From: an uncultured Anaerolineaceae bacterium
GTDB lineage: Bacteria; Chloroflexota; Anaerolineae; Anaerolineales; DRMV01
DNA: 64,000 nt
NCBI GenBank assembly: GCA_964446575.1
Contig: CAYUOX010000075.1
Coordinates: forward strand, 23,580 to 87,579
Direction of reading: 5' to 3'
The notes beneath the pieces were generated by a model. It ran no database searches. It was not told the DNA's origin and saw nothing but the letters and a program-made list of their open reading frames with translations. Position 1 is the stretch's first letter. The number at the start of each line of letters is the position of its first letter. Shown here piece by piece: positions 49,114 to 58,190 of the stretch. A program made the position numbers and the translations under genes.

Positions 49114-49697
49114 GGGCGTCGCCTCCGGGCACGGGCTTGGCGCAGCATCCGGCGCAGCCGTGCCTCTTCGCTGGGGGTGAGATAACGCCATTGGCCGGGT
49201 TGCAGGCCGTGCAAGGTCAGCGGGCCCACGGCCCAGCGCACCAGGCGCAGCGTGGGCAACCCGACCGCGGCCGTCATCTTGCGAACTTGGTGTTTGCGGC
49301 CTTCGTGCAGCACCACGCGCAACCAGCCGGTTTCGGTCTCGCGCACCCGCGGTGTGCGCGGCCACAGCCGCGGGGGTGGCATCAGCCCCGCGCGCACAGC
49401 CCGAGCCAGGCGGCCGTCCACCCACACCCCTGCCAGCAACCGCCGCACATGCGCGGGCGTCGGGCGCCCCGCGACTTGCACCCAATATTCCTTGGGCAAT
49501 TTGTGCCGGGGGTGGGTCAGACCGTGGGCCAAAGTCGGGTCGTCGGTGAGCACCAACAACCCCTCGGAGCGCAAATCCAGCCGCCCGGCCGGGTAGACCC
49601 GCGGCACGGGGATGTAATCCTTGAGGGTCGGTCGGCCTTCAGGGTCGGTGAACTGGGAGAGCACGCCATACGGCTTGTTGAAAAGCAGGGTGGGCAT
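49110..49697 (-). CDS. rRNA pseudouridine synthase (RsuA/RluE family, no S4 domain)
   Basis: FNKPYGVLSQF, YPAGRLD catalytic motif, EGRKHQVRKM and TLRLVR. Confidence 0.92.
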   Translation of the reverse strand: MPTLLFNKPYGVLSQFTDPEGRPTLKDYIPVPRVYPAGRLDLRSEGLLVLTDDPTLAHGLTHPRHKLPKEYWVQVAGRPTPAHVRRLLAGVWVDGRLARAVRAGLMPPPRLWPRTPRVRETETGWLRVVLHEGRKHQVRKMTAAVGLPTLRLVRWAVGPLTLHGLQPGQWRYLTPSEEARLRRMLRQARARRRRP

Positions 49698-49728
49698 GAC
49701 CGTCCTCGAAAGCGCGCGGTCGCCGTGC

Positions 49729-50577
49729 TCACGCGGGCGCGGGCGGACGGCAGGCTTCTGGCGGGACCTGGGGCACGCGCACCCGCTGGGTGGCTCGGGC
49801 TTGGGCCCGGCGCAGCCACCAACGCCAGCGCAGGTTCCACAACGGCTCGACGGCCCGCCGCAGCGCGTACTTCAAGGCCATGCGCTGCCAGGGCCGCCCG
49901 CCTTCGCGCCAAAACACCTGCATCATCTCGGGCCAGCAGCGGTCTCCCGCAGCAAAGGTTTTGGCGCTCAAGTGCAGGCGATAGTACCCCCACAAGCGGG
50001 GCACGTAAGCCAAGCGTGTGATTTTGGCCAAGCGCACCCACAGGTCGTAGTCCATGGCGAAGTAGAAATCGGGGTTCAAAGGCCCCACTTGATGCCACAG
50101 CGCGGCCCGAAAGAACGCGGCCTGCTGCGGAATGGGCACGCGGCCACGCAGCAGCGTGGCATAATCGGCCGGACCAGCCCGATAGCGGCCCAGAATGCGC
50201 CCTTCCTCATCGATATAGGCCGCGTCGCCATAAACCAACCCCACTTCGGGATGCGCAGTCAAATAGGCCACGGCCTCGCGCACGGCGTAAGGCGCGTAGA
50301 GGTCGTCCGCGTTGATCCAGCCCAGGATTTGACCACGCGCGCGGCCGAAGCCCTTGTTCAGCGCGTCGGTCTGGCCGCGGTCGGGCTCCGACACCCACCA
50401 CCCCAAGCAGGGCGCGTACCGTTGCAACAAGTCCACCGTGCCGTCGGTCGATCCGCCGTCCACCACAATGTATTCAATGTGTGGATAATCTTGCCCCAAC
50501 ACCGACTGCAAGGTCTGGGCCAAATACTCGGCCTGGTTGTACGAAGGGGTGACGATGGAGACCAAAGGCTGGGCCAT
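49729..50577 (-). CDS. Glycosyltransferase family 2 (paralogue of 16166-17251)
   Basis: VSIVTPSYNQ, VVDGGSTDGT, WINADD and FAMDYDLWVR motifs. Confidence 0.92.
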   Translation of the reverse strand: MAQPLVSIVTPSYNQAEYLAQTLQSVLGQDYPHIEYIVVDGGSTDGTVDLLQRYAPCLGWWVSEPDRGQTDALNKGFGRARGQILGWINADDLYAPYAVREAVAYLTAHPEVGLVYGDAAYIDEEGRILGRYRAGPADYATLLRGRVPIPQQAAFFRAALWHQVGPLNPDFYFAMDYDLWVRLAKITRLAYVPRLWGYYRLHLSAKTFAAGDRCWPEMMQVFWREGGRPWQRMALKYALRRAVEPLWNLRWRWWLRRAQARATQRVRVPQVPPEACRPPAPA

Positions 50578-50619
50578 GCGATTGCCTCGCGGTTGGGGGA
50601 CAAACCGTTTGCGGCCGGG

Positions 50620-51258
50620 TCAAAAGGTCCAGAACACCATGCCTATCCCCAGGCGCTGGAGGGCCTCTTCGGCCCAGGCCGTCACGTGAGGCGATGGATC
50701 GTCCAGCGCGGCGTACAGCGCGGGGATCGCGCGCGGGTCGCGGATGAGGGCCAACGCGCGCGCGGCTTCGCGGCGGGCCTGGGGTGGCCCGTCGCGCAAC
50801 ACTTGCATCAAGGCCGGCACCGCGTCGCCCCCCAGTGCGGCCAAGGCATCGGCGGCCAAACTCGCGGTCAAAGGATCCCCCGCGGCCAGCCAGCGCAGCA
50901 ACGCGGGGCGCGCCTGCGGTGTTGGATGATGTCGCAGGGCCAAGGCCGCGGCCTGGCGTACGGCAGGGTCCGGGTCGTCCAACGCGGCTGCGAACGCGGT
51001 GCTCACCTCGGGTGGCGGGTCTGACAGGGCCGCGGCGACCCGAATGGCCCACCAGCGACGGTCAGGGTCGGCCGCGCGCAGCCACGGTTGTACGACGTGC
51101 CAGGCCGCGCGGCCATGCGCGGCCAACGCGCGCGCGGCCTGCTCCGCGGCTTCATCGTCGTCGCGAGCCAAAGCCGTCTCCAGCGCGGCCCGCGCGGCGT
51201 CCAGCGTCAGGCCTCGGGCGGCGGCACGGGCAGGTCGTCGACGCGCGTGTTCTGCCAC
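50620..51258 (-). CDS. HEAT-repeat (PBS-lyase-like) protein; start uncertain
   Basis: Repeated units such as LDDPDPAVRQAAALAL and PPQARREAARALALIRDPRAIPAL. Confidence 0.75.
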   Translation of the reverse strand: MAEHARRRPARAAARGLTLDAARAALETALARDDDEAAEQAARALAAHGRAAWHVVQPWLRAADPDRRWWAIRVAAALSDPPPEVSTAFAAALDDPDPAVRQAAALALRHHPTPQARPALLRWLAAGDPLTASLAADALAALGGDAVPALMQVLRDGPPQARREAARALALIRDPRAIPALYAALDDPSPHVTAWAEEALQRLGIGMVFWTF

Positions 51259-51455
51259 TTGTCGCCTTCCTCGACCAGCATCACAGGAATGCCTTCGCGA
51301 ATGGGGTATTTGCGCCCGCACTCACGGCACACCAACCAGGCATTGTGGACCAAATCCAACTCTCCTTCACGGCCTTCGGGCGCGCACGCGGGGCAGCGCA
51401 AAATCTCCAACAAATCTTGGGGGATGGGCAGGTCAGGGGAAGAACGCTCGCTCAT
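51207..51455 (-). CDS. Trm112-family small protein
   Basis: LLEILRCPAC...LVCRECGRKYPIREGIPVML. Confidence 0.85.
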   Translation of the reverse strand: MSERSSPDLPIPQDLLEILRCPACAPEGREGELDLVHNAWLVCRECGRKYPIREGIPVMLVEEGDKWQNTRVDDLPVPPPEA

Positions 51456-51563
51456 GGGCACCGCTCCAGGAAAAGAGATCATGCGGCCCTGCCGCATCGA
51501 GTATTGTACCGCGGATGGTATAATGCCCTCATCGGTTCGGCCCCACGCAGGGAGGGAAATCTC

Positions 51564-51965
51564 ATGCCCGATGCGCACCGTAAGCAACGCTGGTGGTACA
51601 TTCTTGCGCCCATGCTGGTGGGGCTGGCGCTGGCGCTCGCGTTGGCCGTGCTGGTGGTGCGCGCGCCCGCGTCCACCGTGGCCCAAGGGGCGGCCTTGTT
51701 GGTGGCTTGTGGGGCTGGCGTCCTGCTGCTCTTGGGGCTGCCAGTGCTGGCCGGGCTGATTTGGGCCGTGTGGGCCTGGCCGCGCGCCTATCGCGCGGTG
51801 CCCCGCTACACCGCGCGCGTGGCACGGGCCCAGGCGCGTTGGGCGCAACGGGTGCAGGCGCTCAGCGATCGGGTGGCCCAGTGGGTCATTGCCCCGCGCG
51901 TGCGCTGGGCCCAAGGGCGGGCCCTGCTGCAACGCCTGAAACCGCGCCGCGCGCGGCGTTCCTAA
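51564..51965 (+). CDS. Hypothetical membrane protein
   Basis: GGAGG RBS, upstream TGGTATAAT, two TM helices and a basic tail. Confidence 0.6.
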   Translation: MPDAHRKQRWWYILAPMLVGLALALALAVLVVRAPASTVAQGAALLVACGAGVLLLLGLPVLAGLIWAVWAWPRAYRAVPRYTARVARAQARWAQRVQALSDRVAQWVIAPRVRWAQGRALLQRLKPRRARRS

Positions 51966-51991
51966 GCCCGGGCGCGCGGCCGCGGGGGCGC

Positions 51992-52028
51992 GAAAAGAAA
52001 AACAGCCCCCGCATGGTCGCGGGGGCCG
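51992..52028 (-). terminator. Intrinsic terminator after the Cys-rich lipoprotein gene
   Basis: CCCCCGC/GCGGGGG hairpin followed on the minus strand by CTGTTTTTCTTTT. Confidence 0.7.
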
Positions 52029-52049
52029 TGAGAGGGGCAACGGCAAGGG

Positions 52050-54248
52050 CTAATCGCAACTCCAAACACAGCCGTCGTATTGGCAACTGCTGTAGATCCC
52101 ACCGTCGTGGCAGTACCACAAATCCCCGTCCAATGAGCAGAAGTCCTCAGATTGGCACTGCCCTGGTTCATCGCCGGGCTGGGGCTTGGGTCGAATTGGG
52201 TCCCAACACTTCCAGCGGCACGCGTCCGCGCTCCATTCGCAGCCGGCGAACTCACCTTTGCCAGGGCAGATCCACCGTTCGGTGGCTTCGTCGAACGCGC
52301 AATCTTGGTTGGGCACGGTGCACTGATCCGTCTCACAGCCCCATTCGCACTGTTCCTCGTCCCAAGTGCACACGAACGCGCCGATCTCCGAGGCACATGA
52401 CCAGCGCCCATCCCCCAGGTCCTGACAGCCCGCGGACGGGCCGTCCGAAGGCGCGGGGCACACTTGGCCCTCGGGGCGGCAATCCCAGCGGCAGGTTTCT
52501 TGGTCGGCGCGGCAGATGTACGTGAGAGAAATTTCGCCCTCGGTGGTGCACTTGTATGTACCGTCGGCTTGAGGTTGGCAGTTGGGGCCTGGGTCAGGCA
52601 AGACGCACGTTTCATCGCGGCACTGCCAGCGGCACAGGTTTTCATCCCAAACGCAAACGCGCGAGTTTTCGCCTTGGCGCACGGTTAGGCCGCCCGGGCC
52701 CAAATCGGTGGGCAAAGTGGGCACATCGGCCGAATCGGCACCTGAGGGCGGCGTGGGTGGGGGCGGCATCACCGGGCCCACGGGCGGGGTGGGCGGGTTG
52801 GGCAGAACCGGGCCACCGGGGTTGAGGCTCTGCGTGCATTCCGGACGGGGTGCGAAGTAGCAATATGCGGGCAGCAAGGTGTCCGGGTCGCCTTCGGGTG
52901 CGCCGGGGTTCCCTGGCGGGAAGAGCGGGCGCAGCCACGCGCCGGCCTCGTCCTTGCCTGGGGGCAGGCAAATGCGCTCCGTACGACACGACCATCGGCA
53001 GAGTTCGGCATCCCACACGCAATAGAACTGCTCACCCTGAGGTGCGGCGGTCACGCCCGCGCCAGTGAAGGCCTGAAAAGGACACGACCATGTATTGGGC
53101 CCATCGGGGTAACACCCCGGCGCTGGGGGCTCTTGGGGCGCGGGGCACAATTGCACCGTGGTGGATGACTCGCACAAGCAGGGCTCGACGCCGGTAGGCT
53201 CGAACCCAAACGCGGCCCGACAAGTGTTGTCGACGCGGGCCACGGAGCGGATGGGAAAGTCAGGGTCGCCGCGATAGGGCGAACCGGCCTGGGCCCGGGT
53301 GTAGCGGTCGTGATAGGTCATTTGGCCTGGCGCGCGCAGGCCCCCGTCGGCCCAAGCCTGCCACAGCATTTGCTCGTCTTGGCCGTCCAACAGACTGCGA
53401 TGGAACGCGATGTACACGGTAGGATACCGCTGACGGCCTTCCGATTCCCAACCCCACATTTGCCAGGCCAAGCCCGTGGTCGCATCGGCGGTGTAACGCA
53501 CCCGCTCGTAGCCATCCCCTTGGAGCGGCGCGTCGCTGGTGCACGTCCGCGGACCTTCCACATCGGGCCGCTGGTCTTGGAAAACCTGCACGGCCTTAGG
53601 GGTCCAGGCCGTGGGCACAGGGCCTTGGGCCCAGACCAAATATTCGCCCCGGCCGTCCAAGTCCGTGTCCAATTCCACGCCATAGTCGCCGGTGGGGGCG
53701 TCGGCGCCTTGGGCCAAGCCGTGCAGCCGCAGCGCGACGAAGAACCAATCGCCCATGCGCACCAAGCGCGCGTAGCGGATGTCTAAGTCGGGGTAGAAAT
53801 GATCTTGGGTTTGCTCGGCAAAGGGCCGTTCGTAAAGATTGAACGCGTACACATCACCCCCAGCCGCGTAGTAGATCCCGCCTTGGGCCTGGGTGTATGC
53901 CCCCGTGGGGAAGTCCCAAATCTCGGAAGCCACCACCGGCCCGCGCGCGGTCGAGCCTTGGTTGCCGGTGTTTGCGCCGGGTGTCGCCGTGGCCGTTTGA
54001 CCCGTCACCGTGCGTGGTGCCAAGTCGGGGCGCACGATGGGCGGCGCGCCGGTGAAATCGAAGGGAGGCGCCGCGGTGGCGCCCAAGGCGTTGCTGCCGG
54101 GCGCCGCAGGCGCGGCCGTGGCCGCGGTGTTGACAATCACGCCTTGGGGCCCTAAGGAAACTTGACACGCCAGGGCCAGCAACAACAGCAGGCCGGCTCC
54201 GGCGAACCACTTGAGACGCGAAGAGAGGGAGAGACGAGAAGAGGACAT
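52050..54248 (-). CDS. Lipoprotein with DxDxDG-containing N-terminal domain and six tandem 6-cysteine modules
   Basis: Lipobox LALAC, DTDLDGRGE motif and six C-terminal modules ending in CxWDxxxCxWxC-like sequences. Confidence 0.8.
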   Translation of the reverse strand: MSSSRLSLSSRLKWFAGAGLLLLLALACQVSLGPQGVIVNTAATAAPAAPGSNALGATAAPPFDFTGAPPIVRPDLAPRTVTGQTATATPGANTGNQGSTARGPVVASEIWDFPTGAYTQAQGGIYYAAGGDVYAFNLYERPFAEQTQDHFYPDLDIRYARLVRMGDWFFVALRLHGLAQGADAPTGDYGVELDTDLDGRGEYLVWAQGPVPTAWTPKAVQVFQDQRPDVEGPRTCTSDAPLQGDGYERVRYTADATTGLAWQMWGWESEGRQRYPTVYIAFHRSLLDGQDEQMLWQAWADGGLRAPGQMTYHDRYTRAQAGSPYRGDPDFPIRSVARVDNTCRAAFGFEPTGVEPCLCESSTTVQLCPAPQEPPAPGCYPDGPNTWSCPFQAFTGAGVTAAPQGEQFYCVWDAELCRWSCRTERICLPPGKDEAGAWLRPLFPPGNPGAPEGDPDTLLPAYCYFAPRPECTQSLNPGGPVLPNPPTPPVGPVMPPPPTPPSGADSADVPTLPTDLGPGGLTVRQGENSRVCVWDENLCRWQCRDETCVLPDPGPNCQPQADGTYKCTTEGEISLTYICRADQETCRWDCRPEGQVCPAPSDGPSAGCQDLGDGRWSCASEIGAFVCTWDEEQCEWGCETDQCTVPNQDCAFDEATERWICPGKGEFAGCEWSADACRWKCWDPIRPKPQPGDEPGQCQSEDFCSLDGDLWYCHDGGIYSSCQYDGCVWSCD

Positions 54249-54414
54249 GGATGCCTCCTTTGGCCGTTATCCGGTCATCGCCACGCGTCGCGCGCTGTCT
54301 GTTGGATAGCAGCGACCCGTCAGGAGAGCGTCAAGGTCCCCGCGTGCCCCATGGTATACTTGAGGCGGGTCGATGCCGCGCCCCGGCCCATCCTTTTGCC
54401 ATGAGGTGGCTCGC

Positions 54415-54648
54415 ATGTCCGCATCGTCCGATTCGGCCGAATTGGCCCGCCAAGCGCACACGCGCATGCTGATCGCCGGCGCGCTCATTGGCGCGGCACT
54501 GGGCGCGGTGGCCGCGCACCTGCTTTGGCAGCAGGCCCATGAACGTGACCCCAGCGCGACGCGCGTGCCTTTGGATGCCCGCCAAGGGCTGCGCCTGGCG
54601 CTCATCGTGCTCAAGACCCTGCGCCAAATCGCGGGCTTGGCCGTGTAA
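54415..54648 (+). CDS. Small membrane protein (YtxH-like N-terminal GALIGAALG helix)
   Basis: GAGGTG RBS, upstream TGGTATACT and one TM helix. Confidence 0.6.
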   Translation: MSASSDSAELARQAHTRMLIAGALIGAALGAVAAHLLWQQAHERDPSATRVPLDARQGLRLALIVLKTLRQIAGLAV

Positions 54649-54656
54649 AATTCGCC

Positions 54657-55577
54657 ATGAGCCGTCGCAAGCGTCGCACCCGCACCAGTTCCTTTGGCGT
54701 CACCGGCCGCGAAGCCCACGATGCGCGCCCTTTTTATGCTTCTCGCCTGTACGCGGATGTGCCCCAGGCCAACCCTCGGGTTCCCTATGCCGAACAACCC
54801 TTGCCGCCTGAACTGACCGATGTCATTTTGGAACAATCGGCCGAAGACATGCGGCCTTTGCCCGACGCCAGTGTCCACCTGATGGTGACCTCACCGCCCT
54901 ACAATGTGGGCAAAGAATACGACGCGGACCTAACCTTGGCCGAATATCGGGCTTTTTTAAAGCGCGTGTGGGCTGAAGTGCATCGGGTGCTGGTGCCCGG
55001 TGGGCGCGCGTGCATCAACATCGCCAACCTGGGCCGCAAGCCTTATGTCCCCCTGCACGCGTATATTGTGGAAGATATGCAGGCCGTGGGCTTTTTGATG
55101 CGCGGCGAGGTCATTTGGGACAAAGACGCCAGCGCGGGCGTCTCGACCGCGTGGGGCAGTTGGATGTCGCCCACCAACCCGACCTTGCGCGATGTGCACG
55201 AATACATTTTGGTCTTCAGCAAGGACACGTTTCGGCGGGCCAACCCCCAAGGTCGCGCGGCCACTATCACGCGCGAAGAGTTCTTAACCTTCACCAAGAG
55301 CATTTGGCGCTTTCCGTCCGCGTCCGCGCGACGCATCGGGCACCCCGCGCCTTTTCCCGAAGAACTGCCCTATCGCTGCATCCAGTTGTACACTTTTGCC
55401 GGCGAAGTGGTGTTAGACCCCTTCATGGGCAGCGGCCAAACCGCGTTGGCCGCCCTGCGAACCGGACGCCGTTTCGTCGGCTTCGAGATTTCGCCCACTT
55501 ACGCGGCCCTGGCCCGCGAGCGCATTGCCCAGCGCCGCGCGGCCTTGGCGCGCGCTTCTTCGGAGGTCGTGGAATGA
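54657..55577 (+). CDS. Site-specific DNA amino-methyltransferase, beta class (probably N4-cytosine), orphan
   Basis: Motif IV TSPPYN precedes HPAPFP and motif I DPFMGSG (beta order). No restriction nuclease adjacent. Confidence 0.9.
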   Translation: MSRRKRRTRTSSFGVTGREAHDARPFYASRLYADVPQANPRVPYAEQPLPPELTDVILEQSAEDMRPLPDASVHLMVTSPPYNVGKEYDADLTLAEYRAFLKRVWAEVHRVLVPGGRACINIANLGRKPYVPLHAYIVEDMQAVGFLMRGEVIWDKDASAGVSTAWGSWMSPTNPTLRDVHEYILVFSKDTFRRANPQGRAATITREEFLTFTKSIWRFPSASARRIGHPAPFPEELPYRCIQLYTFAGEVVLDPFMGSGQTALAALRTGRRFVGFEISPTYAALARERIAQRRAALARASSEVVE

Positions 55578-55807
55578 AAGCCTTGCCCCCTACCATCACC
55601 CCGCGTGAAGCCTTGGCGTTCATGCGCCGAGATCCTGCCGTGGTTGCCGTGCGCGTCATCGTTGCCGCGGACGCATGCCCAGCCTGCCGGGCCTATGAGG
55701 GCACCTACGCGCCAGACGAGGCGCCTTTGCTGCCCGTGGAAGATTGCTCCAACCCCCGCGGCTGCCGGTGCTTCTATGAGCCGGTTCTGGACGACATTTA
55801 TCCGTAA
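55574..55807 (+). CDS. 77-aa cysteine-rich protein (CxxC...C-x5-CRC)
   Basis: ATG overlaps the methyltransferase stop (ATGA). Sequence DACPACRAYEG...PVEDCSNPRGCRCFYEPV. Confidence 0.65.
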   Translation: MKALPPTITPREALAFMRRDPAVVAVRVIVAADACPACRAYEGTYAPDEAPLLPVEDCSNPRGCRCFYEPVLDDIYP

Positions 55808-56861
55808 ATTGGGGCTGCTGGCCAGCGTGGCCGCCGTGCTCGCCGCGTGCGGGCCGCGCGCGGACGCAGGGCCGACGACCTTACCCACGCCCGTGGCCCT
55901 CGAAGCCGCGCCCAACCACGCGGCCTCACCCACGCCCATCGAAACCCCCACCGCGACCACGCCTCCCGCGGCCTGGGTGGTCGTGCAGCCCGCGGACGCG
56001 CCCGAAGCCGCGCGCGCCTGGGCTGAGACCACGCGCGCGGTGGCCGCGGCCGCGGGCCTGCGTTGGGTCGTGGTGCCCGACCTGGACGCGGCCACGGCTG
56101 AGGCCCCCGTGGCCGCGCTGGTCGCCCTGCCCCCCACGGACTTGGATGCCGTACAAAGTTGGGCCGCGGCCCACGCGGACGCGCGCGTCTTGACCTGGGC
56201 CCCCGACCCCGAGGCCGTGCCCTCCGCAGAAGCCCTGCCCCCCAACATGAGCGTGGTGGTGAGCACACCCTTGGGCTGGGAGCAGCGCTTCTTCTTGGCC
56301 GGATATACCACCACGCTGGCCACCACCCACTGGCGCGCGGGTTTGCTCTACACCTCGCCGCCCGGTTATGCCGCGCAGACCTTGGCGGCCGCGTTCGCTC
56401 GCGGCGCGTCCTATTGGTGCGGCCCGTGCGTGCCCGCGTACCCGCCCATGGTCGCCTACCCCTTCGCGGTGGAGGTGCCGCCCGGCGTCGACGACCCCAC
56501 GGCCTGGCAAGACGCGGCGCGCAACCTCTTGGCCCAGGCCCCCCTGGAGGCCGTCTACCTGCGCGGCGAACCCGCGGCTGCCACCATTGACCTGTTCCGC
56601 GAGCGCGGGGTCACCATCATCTGGGACGGCCGCGCCAACCCCGACGCGGATGTGAGTGTGTACCCCGATCCCTGGGGTGTGTGGGATGCTGCAGCGCTGA
56701 CCGCGTGGCTGCAAGGCGAACATGAAGCCGTGGTCTGGCCGCGGTGGGTGGTTGAAGTGCATCGCGAGGCCGCGTTCTCCCCTGGCCGCGTGCGGTTGGT
56801 GCAGCAGTTGGTGGAACGGCTCCGCACGGGCCAGGTCGCGGTCCAAGGGCAAGGGCCGTGA
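55776..56861 (+). CDS. Lipoprotein, possible degenerate BMP/periplasmic-binding fold
   Basis: Lipobox LAAC, Pro/Thr linker, RFFLAGY and YWCGPC. Lies directly before the BMP gene. Confidence 0.6.
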   Translation: MSRFWTTFIRKLGLLASVAAVLAACGPRADAGPTTLPTPVALEAAPNHAASPTPIETPTATTPPAAWVVVQPADAPEAARAWAETTRAVAAAAGLRWVVVPDLDAATAEAPVAALVALPPTDLDAVQSWAAAHADARVLTWAPDPEAVPSAEALPPNMSVVVSTPLGWEQRFFLAGYTTTLATTHWRAGLLYTSPPGYAAQTLAAAFARGASYWCGPCVPAYPPMVAYPFAVEVPPGVDDPTAWQDAARNLLAQAPLEAVYLRGEPAAATIDLFRERGVTIIWDGRANPDADVSVYPDPWGVWDAAALTAWLQGEHEAVVWPRWVVEVHREAAFSPGRVRLVQQLVERLRTGQVAVQGQGP

Positions 56862-56991
56862 GCCCCAGGCGGCCGTCGTGGTCGGGGCAGGGGTTGCTCA
56901 TCTCTGATCCCTCGGGTATACTTTGGATGTCGGTATTCGCGCTTTGCACGGCCCAACCGTGCAAAATCCCTCAACCTCGGAGGAGAAGGTT

Positions 56992-58059
56992 ATGAAGAAG
57001 TGGCATTGGCTGCTCGCCGTGTTGGCCGTTTTGGCCCTGGCTTTGGCCGCCTGCGGTGGCGGACAGACCGAAGGCGAGGCCACCGAGGCCGCGGCCGAGG
57101 TGGACTGCAAGAGCCCGGACGTGTTCTGCGTGGGCCTGGTCACCGATGTGGGCGAAATTGACGACAAGTCCTTCAACCAGTCGGCCTGGGAAGGTGTGCA
57201 AAAGGCGCTGGACGAGGGCGTAGCGGACAAGATCGACTACATCGAGACCAAGGATGCCAAGGACTACGAGGCCAACATCCAACTCTTCGCGGAGCAGGGC
57301 TACGATGTCATCGTCACCGTGGGCTTCGCGTTGGGTGAGGCCACCCGCACCATGGCCGACCGCTATCCCAATGTCATGTTCATCGGCGTTGACCAATTCC
57401 AACCCGACACCAAGGCCAACGTGGCGGGGTTGATCTTCCACGAAGATCAGGCGGGCTTCTTGGCCGGCGCGCTGGCGGGCATGATGACCGAGACCAACAA
57501 GGTCGCCGCGGTGCTGGGCACCGACTTGGTCCCGCCGGTGGTGGCCTTTGGCACCGGCTATGAGAACGGCGCCAAATATGTCAACCCCGATGTGGAAGTG
57601 CTGATGACCTACCACCCCGGCGGTCTGGATGTGGCCTTCACCGATCCGGAGTGGGGTGCGGCCACGGCTAAGCAGGCCATGGACCAAGGCGCGGATGTGA
57701 TCTTCGCGGCCGGCGGTAAGACCGGCAACGGTGGTCTCATCGAGGTCGCGGGTCGGGCCAAGGCGGGCGAGCGGGTGTACTGCATCGGCGTCGACACCGA
57801 CCAGTGGTACACGGTGCCCGAGGCGCGGCCGTGCCTGATCACCAGCGCGATGAAACTGATCACGGACGGCGTGTTCGACCTCATCAAGTTGGCCAAAGAG
57901 GGCAACTTCCCCGGCGGCAACTACTTCGGCGATGTGGGCCTGGCGCCCTTCCATGACTTCGAAGACGATGTGCCGCAAGAGGTCAAGGACAAGTTGGACG
58001 AAATCCGCAAAGGCTTGATGGACGGCACCATTGACACCGGTTGGAACCCCGGTGGGTAG
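56992..58059 (+). CDS. BMP family (basic membrane lipoprotein; nucleoside ABC) substrate-binding protein
   Basis: Lipobox LAAC, GEIDDKSFNQSAWEG, GFLAGALA, DVIFAAGGKTG, IGVDTDQ and TSAMK motifs. Confidence 0.93.
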   Translation: MKKWHWLLAVLAVLALALAACGGGQTEGEATEAAAEVDCKSPDVFCVGLVTDVGEIDDKSFNQSAWEGVQKALDEGVADKIDYIETKDAKDYEANIQLFAEQGYDVIVTVGFALGEATRTMADRYPNVMFIGVDQFQPDTKANVAGLIFHEDQAGFLAGALAGMMTETNKVAAVLGTDLVPPVVAFGTGYENGAKYVNPDVEVLMTYHPGGLDVAFTDPEWGAATAKQAMDQGADVIFAAGGKTGNGGLIEVAGRAKAGERVYCIGVDTDQWYTVPEARPCLITSAMKLITDGVFDLIKLAKEGNFPGGNYFGDVGLAPFHDFEDDVPQEVKDKLDEIRKGLMDGTIDTGWNPGG

Positions 58060-58083
58060 TCCGTCGGCCTCAGGCTGAGCCGC

Positions 58084-58119
58084 CAAGCCGGGCCCGGCGC
58101 TTGTCGGGCTCGGCTTTTT
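58084..58119 (+). terminator. Intrinsic terminator after the BMP gene
   Basis: AGCCGGGCCCGG/TCGGGCTCGGCT stem followed by TTTTT. Confidence 0.75.
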
Positions 58120-58190
58120 CGCGCCGCGGCCGGGCGTGTGGCGCGCTGTCGCCTCTCGGTCGCGGCCCCGGCGCCCTGCAGGAGGACGCG

